Shown here one piece after another: positions 49,565 through 64,000 of a stretch of DNA of 64,000 bases. Position 1 is the first letter of the stretch, and each line of letters opens with the position of its first letter. The notes under the pieces were generated by a model. The model was not told where the DNA came from. It did no database searches and saw only the letters and a program-made list of their open reading frames with translations. Source of the DNA: Escherichia coli (GTDB lineage Bacteria > Pseudomonadota > Gammaproteobacteria > Enterobacterales > Enterobacteriaceae); assembly GCF_003018255.1 (NCBI RefSeq), contig NZ_CP027440.1. One strand, written 5' to 3'. The position numbers and the translations under genes are program-made.

Positions 49565-51532
49565 TTAACTATCGGTCAACGCATGTTGATACTTATGGAG
49601 CATCCCCGCCAGCCGATGAACCGGTTCCGTCACCTGCGGTGGCGCTTGCCAGATGCGTAGCTTTTCCTGGTAGATTTCAAGTTCTTCCAGCAACTGGCCA
49701 AAGTACCGACGACGTTTATCATCGCTACGGGCAGATATCACATGGTCTGCTGTGCGGCGCATTTGTCGGTGAAACGCCGATAAATCCTCGTTAACCGGGA
49801 TCGGCGCATCACGCAGGCGCTGGTGCGCGATAATCATCGTCAGCGCCAGGCGAAATTTCGGCAAATCCCCTGGGAACTTATTCATCAGCAAAAACAGCTG
49901 CTGATAAAGTGCCGGGAGGTGATTCTCTTTACGACGTGCCACATTGGTAGTCATCGCGGAAACAGCGGCAGAAACAAACTGATTAAGCAGTACACGTCCA
50001 GTCCTGTCGCGCGATTTATCCCGCACCAGCAAAATAACGGTGAACGCGAGCACACAGCCGACGATTTGCCCTAATGCGCTGTCGAGAAACTGACTGAAAT
50101 GGAAAGTCATCGGGTTATCCAGCACGATAATATTTATGGTGCTGGCCAGCGCCCCCATCGAGCCCAGTCGCCGTTTCTGTACTTCTATACCGAGGAAAAA
50201 TCCCAGCACTGCCAGGCTAATACACAGCAATAACATGCTTTGTTGGGTATTAGGGATAATCACCAAAAAGTAGAGCAGCCCTAACGGCAGCGCCGCCAGC
50301 GTCCCATAGATAAAGTCGATCGCCACCATGCGTGGATTCGGCAAACGCATTGCCAGTGACGTCACGACCGCAATCATCACCATTGCACCACTGCCGGAAG
50401 TCCAGCCCGTCCACAGCCAGAAAAGCGTCCCCAGAATGCAGGAAAGTGTGGTTCGCCAGAAGTTAACCATCGCATGATGACGTTCGGCTGACTCTACTTT
50501 GACTTCCGGTTCGCCTTGCAGGATCTCTTCTTCAGTAGCGTTGATTTTTGTGTTACTGATAACGCCGCGCTTGAGAAGCTGATAACGCGTTGCCGCCGCG
50601 ACCCAGCTATAAATGGTGACAGGCGTTTCCCGTTCCCCGGTCCAGGCGATAACTCTCCGCAGGCGTTTGAGCTGCTTGTGGACGTCCTGCGCGGTTTCTA
50701 CCGGCGTGTCAAAAAATTCGCGGAAAGTATCAGTGATCAATTCCGGGCGCGTATTCTGAATAAGATAAGTTTCGCAGGATTGGGTAATCAGCGTCAGCGA
50801 TAGCGTATTGATCGCTTTTAAACGTCGATTGGCCCGCGCCCAGCGGGAAGATTCCATATTCAGGTTGCTGCGCATACCTTGTAACGCCGTGGTGCGTCGC
50901 ACCAGATCGCCCCAGGCTTTATCGACAACTTCACCATCGCCATGTTTGATACAGAGTTGCATTAATTGATATTGCGCGACCAGCAAACTTTCCAGCTCTC
51001 GATCCACTTCTTGTTTGATCGATCGCGGAGAAAAGAGCAAATCCGCCATAATCGCACACACAATACCGATAACGATCTCGCTACAACGTTCGACGGCAAA
51101 CTGCGGCGTAAGCAATGGTTCCGGCTGAATGGTGATCACAATGATCAGCGCGGTATAACCGGCCAGCCCCCACGCATACGAGTTTTCTATTCGTACCAGC
51201 GAGGATATCCAGGTACAAAAACCGGCCCAGATACAGCACACCAGAATCATCAATAATGGTGCGCGGATCATCGCAATGATGATTACCAGTCCAGCAATAC
51301 AGCCAATAAATGTGCCGATGATGCGCAAAAAGCCACGATAGCGAATAGCGCCAGAATACGGTTCACCTCCCGCAGCAAAGGCCGGACCGGCGGCAACAAT
51401 CGCCGCTGTCAGTACCGCCCAGCGTGGCGTTTCCAGCTGGAAGTGAAAGCCAACAAACAGCGCCAGTACAATGGCGGTCGCCAGTTTTACCGCAAAGCGA
51501 ATATGTTGATTAGCAATGGAGAAAATACCCAT
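49565..51532 (-). CDS. aaeB: p-Hydroxybenzoic acid efflux pump subunit AaeB
   Basis: The 655 aa ORF has two blocks of TM helices separated by a soluble domain and is recognised as AaeB. Confidence 0.96.
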
Positions 51533-51537
51533 CGTGA

Positions 51538-52470
51538 TTAACCAAACTCACGCAGGCGATGGGCCATTTTACGGAAGAACGAATCCTGGCTTTCGTCGCG
51601 ATCTTGTTTGCCAGTGACCACCACTGTAGCAGTGGTGCCCGCAGGCCAGATGTTCTCTTGCTGGTTGTCGAGACGAATACGTACCGGAACACGTTGCGCC
51701 AAACGTACCCATTCAAGGTTAGAGTCGATGGTCGCCATCCCTTTGTCGTCACGCGTGCTGCTGGCGTTGGTGACCCCTGCGGCAACACTATCAACAGTCC
51801 CTTTCAGCACTTTGTTACTGCCAAGCGGCGTGATCTCCGCACGATACCCAGGGCGCACCCCTTCCAGCTTAGTTTCTTCCATATAGGCCAGTACATAGAA
51901 GGAGTTCTGTTTCACCAGCGCAACCGCCGTTGATCCTCGAGTAATAAACTCACCGGTATAGACGTTGAGGTTGGTCACCCAGCCATCTGCTGGCGCGCGG
52001 ATGACTGTACGTTCAAGATCCAGTTTTGCCAGATCACGGGTCGCCTGCGCTTTCGCTAACTGATGCAGAACCGTTTGTAGTACGTTGTTGGCCTGATCGA
52101 TCTCTTCGCGAGACATCGCCTGCACACCGAGACGGTTACGACGTCCTGCCTCCTGGCGTTTCTCCTGTGCCAGTACCTGATAATAAGCAACATCGGCTTG
52201 CGCTTCCTCAAGCGCCTTTTGATAGCGCGGCTGGTCGATGGTGAACAGTACCTGTCCTTTTTTCACCAGCTGGTTATCATGAACATTCACCTGGGTAATG
52301 AGTCCAGAAACGTCCGGCGCGATCGCAACGACGTCAGCGCTAAAGCGCGCGTCACGCGTCCACGGGGATTCGGTGTAATAGACCCAGGCATTAAAAATTG
52401 CGATGAAGGCCAGAATGACTAATACGACCGTGATGGCCGTACGGGAGAATTTTCTTATTAGTGTTTTCAC
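51538..52470 (-). CDS. aaeA: Efflux pump membrane-fusion subunit AaeA
   Basis: The 310 aa HlyD-family ORF has an N-terminal anchor and is recognised as AaeA. Confidence 0.96.
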
Positions 52471-52477
52471 TTCAACC

Positions 52478-52681
52478 TCAAACGAACAGTCGCGATATCA
52501 AATAAAACAAGCAGCAATAGAGCGCGGTGTTGAACAACGCCGGATGCCAGACAAAGTCGTAGATACCTGTTGGCACAAGTACCCGGCGCACCAGCCAGAA
52601 AATCGCCAGTGATAAAAGCAATTCAAAAAATATCGGTGGGAAGGACAGCCCAAACACCACGATAACGGGAAACAGACTCAT
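52478..52681 (-). CDS. aaeX: Small membrane protein AaeX
   Basis: The canonical 67 aa form starts at [22 protein letters not shown]. The ORF-track 23-codon extension was rejected. Confidence 0.9.
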
Positions 52682-52863
52682 GTTGACCTTGGTTGTATAG
52701 AGAGAGCAGGCGTTATTATTTTCAGCATCTGTCGCCGCAGAGAAGGGCATGGAAAGCCGGGCGAGAGCAACATTGCTGTAGATTGATATTTAATATATTA
52801 GCGTAACTGTTATGCTGTTATCTATATTATGTGATCTAAATCACTTTTAAGTCAGAGTGAATA

Positions 52864-53793
52864 ATGGAACGACTAAAACGCATGTCGGTGTTTGCCAAAG
52901 TAGTTGAATTTGGCTCTTTTACCGCCGCCGCCAGACAGCTACAGATGAGCGTTTCGTCCATCAGTCAGACGGTGTCAAAACTGGAAGATGAGTTACAGGT
53001 AAAGCTGTTAAACCGTAGTACACGCAGCATTGGCCTGACTGAAGCCGGCAGAATTTACTACCAGGGCTGCCGTCGGATGCTCCATGAAGTGCAGGATGTT
53101 CATGAGCAACTGTATGCCTTCAATAACACCCCCATCGGGACGCTGCGCATTGGCTGTTCTTCAACTATGGCACAAAATGTTCTCGCCGGGCTGACAGCAA
53201 AAATGCTGAAAGAATACCCAGGTTTGAGCGTCAATCTGGTTACCGGAATTCCTGCCCCCGACCTGATTGCCGATGGTCTGGATGTGGTGATCCGCGTCGG
53301 CGCGTTGCAGGATTCCAGCCTGTTTTCCCGCCGTCTGGGCGCGATGCCGATGGTGGTGTGCGCCGCGAAAAGCTATCTCACACAATACGGCATACCGGAA
53401 AAACCCGCCGATTTGAGTAGTCATTCATGGCTTGAATACAGCGTGCGGCCCGACAATGAATTTGAACTGATCGCACCGGAAGGGATCTCGACTCGCCTGA
53501 TCCCACAAGGAAGATTTGTGACTAATGATCCGATGACGCTGGTGCGCTGGCTGACGGCGGGTGCCGGGATCGCCTACGTGCCGCTGATGTGGGTGATCAA
53601 CGAGATCAATCGTGGGGAACTGGAGATCCTGCTGCCGCGTTATCAGTCAGATCCACGCCCGGTTTATGCGTTATATACCGAAAAAGATAAGCTGCCGCTG
53701 AAGGTACAGGTCGTGATCAACTCGCTGACGGATTATTTTGTTGAGGTCGGTAAATTGTTTCAGGAGATGCACGGGCGCGGGAAAGAGAAGTAA
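52864..53793 (+). CDS. aaeR: LysR-family activator of aaeXAB
   Basis: The 309 aa ORF has an LTTR HTH (FTAAARQLQMSVSSISQTVSKLE) and is divergent from aaeX. Confidence 0.96.
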   Translation: MERLKRMSVFAKVVEFGSFTAAARQLQMSVSSISQTVSKLEDELQVKLLNRSTRSIGLTEAGRIYYQGCRRMLHEVQDVHEQLYAFNNTPIGTLRIGCSSTMAQNVLAGLTAKMLKEYPGLSVNLVTGIPAPDLIADGLDVVIRVGALQDSSLFSRRLGAMPMVVCAAKSYLTQYGIPEKPADLSSHSWLEYSVRPDNEFELIAPEGISTRLIPQGRFVTNDPMTLVRWLTAGAGIAYVPLMWVINEINRGELEILLPRYQSDPRPVYALYTEKDKLPLKVQVVINSLTDYFVEVGKLFQEMHGRGKEK

Positions 53794-53836
53794 TTCATAT
53801 TGTACTGTTACGTTGTACAAACCTGTGCCAACGGGT

Positions 53837-53869
53837 TCCCCTCACCCTAACCCCAGAGGAGCGAGGGGA
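53837..53869. repeat. GC-rich imperfect palindrome (BoxC-like extragenic repeat)
   Basis: TCCCCTCaccctaaccccagaggagcGAGGGGA lies between aaeR and tldD. It belongs to the same family as the copy at 35988-36020. Confidence 0.6.
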
Positions 53870-53920
53870 CCGTTCGTGCACGTAGAAAGATTAATTATCC
53901 TTCTGAAAATACTGAAATTA

Positions 53921-55381
<1,461 letters not shown>

Positions 55382-55413
55382 TTAGTTACTGCAGTAGAGG
55401 ATTTTTTACGGCT

Positions 55414-55447
55414 GCCGGATGCGGCGTGAACGCCCTGTCCGGCCTAC
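55414..55447. repeat. REP element
   Basis: GCCGGATGCGGCGTGAACGCCCTGTCCGGCCTAC is a close match to the REP consensus. It is intergenic between tldD and yhdP. Confidence 0.85.
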
Positions 55448-55521
55448 GGTTATGTTCTGGCTCGTTGGCCTTTGGCAACGATTATCCTATGAGATTGGGG
55501 CAATTACGCGCCCTCGTCAAA

Positions 55522-58500
55522 TCATTGCGCTTTTTCTTTACGCGGTTGTCGCAACACTTCGTTGATTTGCGGATCGTCCAGCGGACCCGAAATGTGATAG
55601 CGCAAAATGGAGACTTTGCTCCACAGCGGTCCCAGCACTTTACTGGCGGCAAACACTGCCGCGCCAACAATGGGGTTAACCGCAAAGGCCGCAGCCACAC
55701 CCACCGTCGCAGAAATCTCTGGTGCGACAACCGCTTCCATATTCAGGTCGCGACGTACCAGATTTACCGACCCTTTCATAGCGATGTCCGCTTCCAGGCC
55801 ATCCACCAGCGTGTCGTCGGTGTGCATAACGCCGTCTTTAATCCACGCGGTGCTGCGAATGGAGTCAAAATAGAACCCTTCGCCAAAAGTGTCTCTGAAA
55901 TCAAAACGCAGCTTACGCATCAGGGCATCTACGCTCAATAAGCGCAGCAATTGCCCGGCATGTCCGGTATTGATTTCGGTAATTTCGCCTTTACCCAGTT
56001 GAGTATGAATGATGCCATTCAACGTCGCCTCATCTGGTTGCCAGGGTGCTTTGCGCCAGTGTAAATCGTAATCCACATTAAATGACGACTGGCGTATGGG
56101 CGTCGTGACACCAAAAAATTCTGCGGCGGCATCAATTTTCTGCCCACGCAGTTTTCCTTTCAGCGAGGTGCGTTCATTCCCCGGATTGTTAACCCATTCA
56201 CCATCGGCAGTGAGCCGCGAAAAACCAGTATCAATCAGTCCATTAGTCAGCGTTAATGTATTGCCAGAAATGGTGATATCACTGTCAATGCGCCCGAATT
56301 TTTGCCCCCAGAACCAGCACTCTGCGCATCGTATTTGTGCGTCCGGCCAGCCACGGAAGCTAATGCGCTCCGTTGTCGGGAAAGGTGATGAATTCGTTGA
56401 GTCACCATGAGTTTTCGCCACGCTTGGGTTGTAATAAAGATATTTGATATTCGCCAGCCACGGCGCGTTATTACGCATCGCCAGCGTGGCGTTGATTTCA
56501 CGCCCTTGCGCCTCAACCAGGGTGCCATTTGCCGTCGGTTGCGAAACAATGCTCAGGTTATTCCATTGCTGATTTCCCAGCGACAACATAGGCGTACGTA
56601 ACGTTATGTGTTGTGGGAAACTCGCTGCACCACCGACACTCTCCGCAGCGCCTTTCTGGAACAGGGCCAGCCACTCGGCACCATTCATCGGCGGCATATT
56701 GAGTTCAACGCCACTTTGTTCCGGCAACGGCGGGAGCGTTTTACTGTCTGCCGCCCAAATAGCACGGTCGAGCGTCAGCTTTTGACCGAGCAACCAGCGG
56801 CTATTGAAATGGTTATCTGCACCAGCCTGTCCGGTTAACTCAAAGCTGTTGAGATTGCCATCAACCTTAACGTTTACCGGCAGTGGTTCACCCGCAGGTT
56901 TGGCTAACGGTGAAGGTAAGTGACTGCTCACATTCTTCAGGTCGCCGTTCAGCTCTACGTTATAGGTCGCGCCAGCATGATAAGGCAGATCAATGCCCAC
57001 TTTACCATCCCACGCCACGCTGCCACTTAATGCTTCGTTCACCGCTTCAGGCAGAACGCCGGTTTTCGCTGGTTGCCAGTTACCGTTGAGATTCACCGCG
57101 ACCTGGTAGGCTTTTGCCCCTTCTTTGGTGGAAAAATCCACGTTCAACGGCTGATTAAACCAGCTTGCTGTCAGTGGTTCACTTTGCAGATCGCCATTGA
57201 TAAAGCTGAATTTACCGCTCAAATTTTTCAGGGTGCTGTCGAGTGGTTTGATAAACAGACTGTTATTACGCAGCGTCACATCACCTTTCGCGGTTACCAG
57301 TTCGCCGTTCAGCGGGATATCAAGATGTAAGCGAGCATTCACATCGCCGTCGAGCTGGAGTTCTTGCAGGGTCGCACCCAGAGAATCTTTCAGCGGTGTC
57401 TCATCAAAGTAAGGGCCAACGGCTTTACCCGGACCTTTAATGTCAGCGTCAATCAGCAGTTTTTCTTTTGAGTAGTCAGGGATCACTGCGGTGAGATTAC
57501 TTGCGCGCACGCCGCCCAGATTAACGCCATCGGTTTTCATCCATAAACCGTCGTTAATAAAGTCCAGTTCAATATCAAGGTTAGTTAATGCAGGCCAGTC
57601 CGGCTGGAAGGCAAACTTCGCGTTGCGCAGCGGTACCAGCACTTCAAACTGACCTTCGTTGTGTTTATAGGGGAAGAGTTGCGGATTGCCACCATAAACC
57701 AGCGTCGCGTTATCCGCTTCACCGCCCTGAATCGCGCCACTTAAGTAATCAACCAGGTCTTTACCCATCAAGTTTTCCGGGAAATAGCGCCAGGCTTGTG
57801 AACCATCATCGGTACTGATGCCAGCCAGAATACCCAGCCAGGGTTCATCGTTAGCTGGTTGCAGGTAACGAAAACCGCCGCGCGCATGGACGGCTTTGGC
57901 TTTAACGTCAATATTACGCCCATCCAGCTGGAAACCTTTGTCATTGTTCAGCCAGCTTATCGTTGCCTGGCCGTCGGCGATTTCCAGTGGCGCACGGAAT
58001 ACCGTTTCGTAAGGCATCTTTGCCTGCTTCATCGACGCAGTAAGCAAACCATTTTCTACGCTGCCGGAAAGCGTCCCGGAGAAGTGTTCCGCACCCGGTA
58101 ATAATTTCCATTGCTTCCAGGCCAGATCGCTCCACGATGCCTGAAAACGGGTCTTGTCTGCCGCCTGAAGCGGGATATCCAGCGCCAGCGTGTTAATCTT
58201 GCCGCTCGGTTGTGTGGAGCGCCAAACATCACCCAGTGCAGGTGAAAGTTTCGCGGCCAGCGGGCGTATGCCCTCCAGGCCTGCCAGCTCCAGATTACTG
58301 GCGCGAATCCGGAGTTCGTCACTGCGTTTATTGTCTTTGCCGCCAACGTCCTGTTCCGGTATCCAGGCCAGCGTCAATGCTCCGCTCGGCCAGGGTTTGC
58401 CGTCCATCGTGATCCGTGTATCGGGAATAGAGAACTGCCAGCCTGGATTTTCACGCGTAATATGCGCGGTCAGATTATCCACCGACAGCGTATGCGTTTG

Positions 58501-59322
58501 CTTCTCGCCCAACCAGCTGGCACCGCCCTGTTTCAGCCAGACGTCACCGCCGGTTACATCGCCTTTGTCGATCGTCATCCAGCCTTCAAGGGAGAACTGT
58601 GCCGTTTCCAGCGCAATATTGTCCTGCATCCATTTACCGAGCCACGGCTTCAGGTCGATGTCATCCGCCTGGAGCCAGACGCGACCATTGCTTAACAACC
58701 CCTCATCATCGCGCAAATCCATGCGCACCTGCATCACGCCGTGCTGTCCGGTAAGGCTGGAGAGGCTTACCTGGCCTTCTGCACGGTGTCGACGTGGATC
58801 GTTCAGCCAGGTGAGCTGTGGGATCGCCAGCTCGGCGCGCTGACCGGATGGCGTCAGGAAACTGACTTCACTGTCGCGGAGATCGAAATGGTCGAACTGA
58901 CGAAGAAACAGATCGCTGATGTGACTGGCTTCCAGACTATCATTACCACCGCCGCTGGTGATAGGAGTGTTGGTGCGAAAGCGCAGCTGCCAGAAAGTGA
59001 GGTCGCGAAACTGCCAGCGCATATGTAACAGGCTCTGCCAGACATCCAGCGCCAGAGTAACGCGTTTAACCGAAAATTCGCCGCCATCTTTTAGTTCTGC
59101 ACGGATGTCGTGCGCTTCAAGCGTCGGACCAAAATTCTGCCAGCTGGCTGAGAGCTGACTGGCTTCTACCGGCATGCCAGTCGCGGATTCTATTTTGTTG
59201 AGGATTTCCGGACGCCAGGCGTCAAGATGCGGTAAAGCAATACGCAGGCCGCTAACCAGCAGGGCAGCGATCACAACGAGCGCGGCTCCAGTAAGCAGTA
59301 AAATCCCCGGCAATCGCCTCAC
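55522..59322 (-). CDS. yhdP: AsmA-like envelope phospholipid transport protein YhdP
   Basis: The 1266 aa ORF has an N-terminal TM anchor (MRRLPGILLLTGAALVVIAALLV) followed by a long beta-rich repeat region, and is recognised as YhdP. Confidence 0.96.
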   Translation of the reverse strand: MRRLPGILLLTGAALVVIAALLVSGLRIALPHLDAWRPEILNKIESATGMPVEASQLSASWQNFGPTLEAHDIRAELKDGGEFSVKRVTLALDVWQSLLHMRWQFRDLTFWQLRFRTNTPITSGGGNDSLEASHISDLFLRQFDHFDLRDSEVSFLTPSGQRAELAIPQLTWLNDPRRHRAEGQVSLSSLTGQHGVMQVRMDLRDDEGLLSNGRVWLQADDIDLKPWLGKWMQDNIALETAQFSLEGWMTIDKGDVTGGDVWLKQGGASWLGEKQTHTLSVDNLTAHITRENPGWQFSIPDTRITMDGKPWPSGALTLAWIPEQDVGGKDNKRSDELRIRASNLELAGLEGIRPLAAKLSPALGDVWRSTQPSGKINTLALDIPLQAADKTRFQASWSDLAWKQWKLLPGAEHFSGTLSGSVENGLLTASMKQAKMPYETVFRAPLEIADGQATISWLNNDKGFQLDGRNIDVKAKAVHARGGFRYLQPANDEPWLGILAGISTDDGSQAWRYFPENLMGKDLVDYLSGAIQGGEADNATLVYGGNPQLFPYKHNEGQFEVLVPLRNAKFAFQPDWPALTNLDIELDFINDGLWMKTDGVNLGGVRASNLTAVIPDYSKEKLLIDADIKGPGKAVGPYFDETPLKDSLGATLQELQLDGDVNARLHLDIPLNGELVTAKGDVTLRNNSLFIKPLDSTLKNLSGKFSFINGDLQSEPLTASWFNQPLNVDFSTKEGAKAYQVAVNLNGNWQPAKTGVLPEAVNEALSGSVAWDGKVGIDLPYHAGATYNVELNGDLKNVSSHLPSPLAKPAGEPLPVNVKVDGNLNSFELTGQAGADNHFNSRWLLGQKLTLDRAIWAADSKTLPPLPEQSGVELNMPPMNGAEWLALFQKGAAESVGGAASFPQHITLRTPMLSLGNQQWNNLSIVSQPTANGTLVEAQGREINATLAMRNNAPWLANIKYLYYNPSVAKTHGDSTNSSPFPTTERISFRGWPDAQIRCAECWFWGQKFGRIDSDITISGNTLTLTNGLIDTGFSRLTADGEWVNNPGNERTSLKGKLRGQKIDAAAEFFGVTTPIRQSSFNVDYDLHWRKAPWQPDEATLNGIIHTQLGKGEITEINTGHAGQLLRLLSVDALMRKLRFDFRDTFGEGFYFDSIRSTAWIKDGVMHTDDTLVDGLEADIAMKGSVNLVRRDLNMEAVVAPEISATVGVAAAFAVNPIVGAAVFAASKVLGPLWSKVSILRYHISGPLDDPQINEVLRQPRKEKAQ

Positions 59323-59389
59323 CCGTCACTCCTTGTCTGCTAAAAATGTGACTCAAAAACCCTTTGCCGGATGGCGGCCCAGCATCTGT

Positions 59390-60859
59390 TTACATCATTA
59401 CGACGTCAAACTGCTCCTGGTTATAGAGCGGTTCAATTTGTACTTTAACCTGTTTACCAACGAAAATTTCCACTTCCGCCAGCGAGTGTGACTCTTCGCC
59501 TTTCAAGGCTTCAGCTACTGCCGGAGAAGCATAGACCAGGAAACGGTCGGAATCATAAGCATGGTGTACACGAACAATCTCGCGCATGATTTCATAGCAT
59601 ACCGTTTCCACGGTTTTCACCGTTCCGCGACCGTGGCAGGTTGGGCATTCGTTACATAGTACGTGCTCAATGCTTTCGCGGGTGCGTTTACGCGTCATCT
59701 CCACCAGCCCCAGCGCCGAAAAACCATTAACGCTGGTTTTCACCCGGTCTTTGCTCAACGCCTGCTCCAGCGAGTGCAGCACGCGGCGGCGGTGATCTTC
59801 ATTATTCATATCGATGAAATCAATAATGATAATCCCGCCCAGATTACGCAACCGTAACTGGCGAGCGATAGCCTGCGTCGCTTCAATATTGGTATTGAAA
59901 ATGGTGTCGTCCAGATTGCGATGACCGACAAACGCCCCGGTATTGATGTCTACGGTGGTCATCGCTTCGGTCTGGTCGATAATCAGATAGCCACCGGATT
60001 TCAGTTCTACTTTGCGTTCCAGCGCTCGCTGAATTTCGTTTTCGACATCAAAGAGATCGAAAATCGGCTGGCGTCCGGTGTAATGCTCCAGCTTGCTGGT
60101 CATCTCGGGAATGTACTCCGAGGTAAACTCCAGCAATGCTTCGTAAGTCAGGCGTGAGTCAACGCGAATGCGGTCGAGTTCGGCGTCGGCGAAATCACGC
60201 AGAACACGCTGCGCCAGCGCCAGTTCGCCGTACAGCTGATAACGGGTCTGTGGGCGCTTTTTACGCTCCATAACTTTGGTCCAGACGCGTTTCAGATAAG
60301 CGGCATCGGAGGCCAGTTCAGCCTCGCCAACCCCTTCAGCTGCGGTACGGATGATAAACCCGCCCTGCTCGTCGCAATACTCTGCGACCACTTTTTTCAG
60401 GCGTTCACGTTCTGATTCGCTTTCAATTCGTTGGGAAACCCCAACGTGAGAAGCCCCTGGCATAAATACCAGATAGCGAGAAGGCAGCGTGATATCGGTG
60501 GTCAGGCGCGCACCCTTAGTGCCAAGTGGATCTTTCACCACCTGCACCATCAGATCTTGCCCCTGACGGACCAGCTCCGAGATGTCGCGCACCGTGAATT
60601 GCTTTTGTTCTTCACCCGCCACACATTCGGTGTGCGGCATGATGTCAGATGCATGAAGAAACGCGGCTTTATCCAGCCCAATATCTACAAAAGCCGCCTG
60701 CATACCCGGAAGTACACGACTTACACGACCCTTGTAGATATTGCCTACTATTCCGCGTCGCGCCTCACGTTCAATATGAATTTCCTGCAGAATACCGCCA
60801 TCAATATACGCCACTCGCGTTTCCGAAGGCGTTACGTTTACTAACAATTCAGCCGTCAT
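59390..60859 (-). CDS. rng: Ribonuclease G
   Basis: The 489 aa form starts at [18 protein letters not shown] (S1 domain plus RNase E/G catalytic core). An in-frame ATG 6 codons upstream (60877, MRKGIN) gives the reported longer isoform. Confidence 0.97.
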
Positions 60860-61442
60860 GTTTATCCCTTTTCTCACGCAGTGCGTTAAAATTACTTAAT
60901 AATTCATACGTTTCAACCAGCGGTAAGCCGACTACGGCGTGATAGCTGCCATTTATCTTCCTGACAAAACAGCCACCCAGCCCCTGAATACCGTATGCAC
61001 CTGCTTTATCTAACGGTTCACCGCTGGCGACATAGCCCGCGATGTCTTCGTCTGTTAACGTTCTGAAAGTCACATCGGTGACCACCAGGCAATCGAGAAT
61101 GTGCTGGCTGTCGGCCAACGCCACTGCCGTCATTACCTGATGGGTCTGACCCGATAATTTGCGCAACATCTGCGCCGCATGCTCTGCGTCGCGCGGTTTC
61201 TCCAGTACTTCTCCGTTCAGGATAACGATAGTATCCGCACCCAGCACCGGGAGATCCTGCGCCGTTTGCGCGACACCCGCCTGTGCTTTCTCGCGCGCCA
61301 GACGCACAACATACTGCTGCGCGCTCTCCTGCGGCTGACGCTGCTCCTCAATGCCCGTAACAATACGTTCAAAGGTTACGCCAAGTTGCGCAAGTAACTC
61401 CTGACGACGCGGAGAACCGGAAGCTAAATACAGAGAAGTCAT
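60849..61442 (-). CDS. yhdE: Maf-like dTTP/UTP pyrophosphatase YhdE
   Basis: The 197 aa ORF begins [21 protein letters not shown]. Its 3' end overlaps the rng start by 11 nt. Confidence 0.96.
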   Translation of the reverse strand: MTSLYLASGSPRRQELLAQLGVTFERIVTGIEEQRQPQESAQQYVVRLAREKAQAGVAQTAQDLPVLGADTIVILNGEVLEKPRDAEHAAQMLRKLSGQTHQVMTAVALADSQHILDCLVVTDVTFRTLTDEDIAGYVASGEPLDKAGAYGIQGLGGCFVRKINGSYHAVVGLPLVETYELLSNFNALREKRDKHDG

Positions 61443-61450
61443 AGAAACCT

Positions 61451-63042
<1,592 letters not shown>

Positions 63043-63107
63043 AAGTTATGCGTATTCTCGTATCAGACCAGGCAGGGTAAACAGACACTTCCCCTGCCTG
63101 CATCCGA

Positions 63108-64000
<893 letters not shown>

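Overview
The window is Escherichia coli-type core chromosome. It is collinear with the K-12 segment running from dacB/obgE through the mla, kds-lpt-rpoN, arcB, gltBD, nan, sspAB, degQS, aae and mre loci. I can support 63 protein-coding genes; dacB and mreB are cut by the window edges. Almost all were identified by recognising the translated ORFs as well-known E. coli proteins, and I trimmed several ORF-track starts to the canonical start codon. I also support one sRNA (ArcZ), several rho-independent terminators, REP and BoxC-like extragenic repeats, and a few known operator sites (NanR, PhoP, ArgR). I saw no tRNA or rRNA genes, CRISPR arrays, IS elements, integrases or prophage remnants. This is an ordinary housekeeping region, and I found no convincing new multi-gene system. 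Four things deserve a second look. (1) An A9 homopolymer puts the canonical mlaD ATG out of frame. (2) A family of four long, related palindromes sits in and just after yhcG, an orphan PD-(D/E)xK (DUF1016) nuclease gene; the fourth copy lies in frame beyond the stop codon. (3) gltD lies directly next to yhcG, so the gltF-yhcADEF fimbrial block that K-12 carries here is absent. (4) A few orphan or poorly understood genes are present: barstar-like yhcO, kinase-like yrbL and cryptic dcuD. All comparisons to K-12 are from memory and were not computed.
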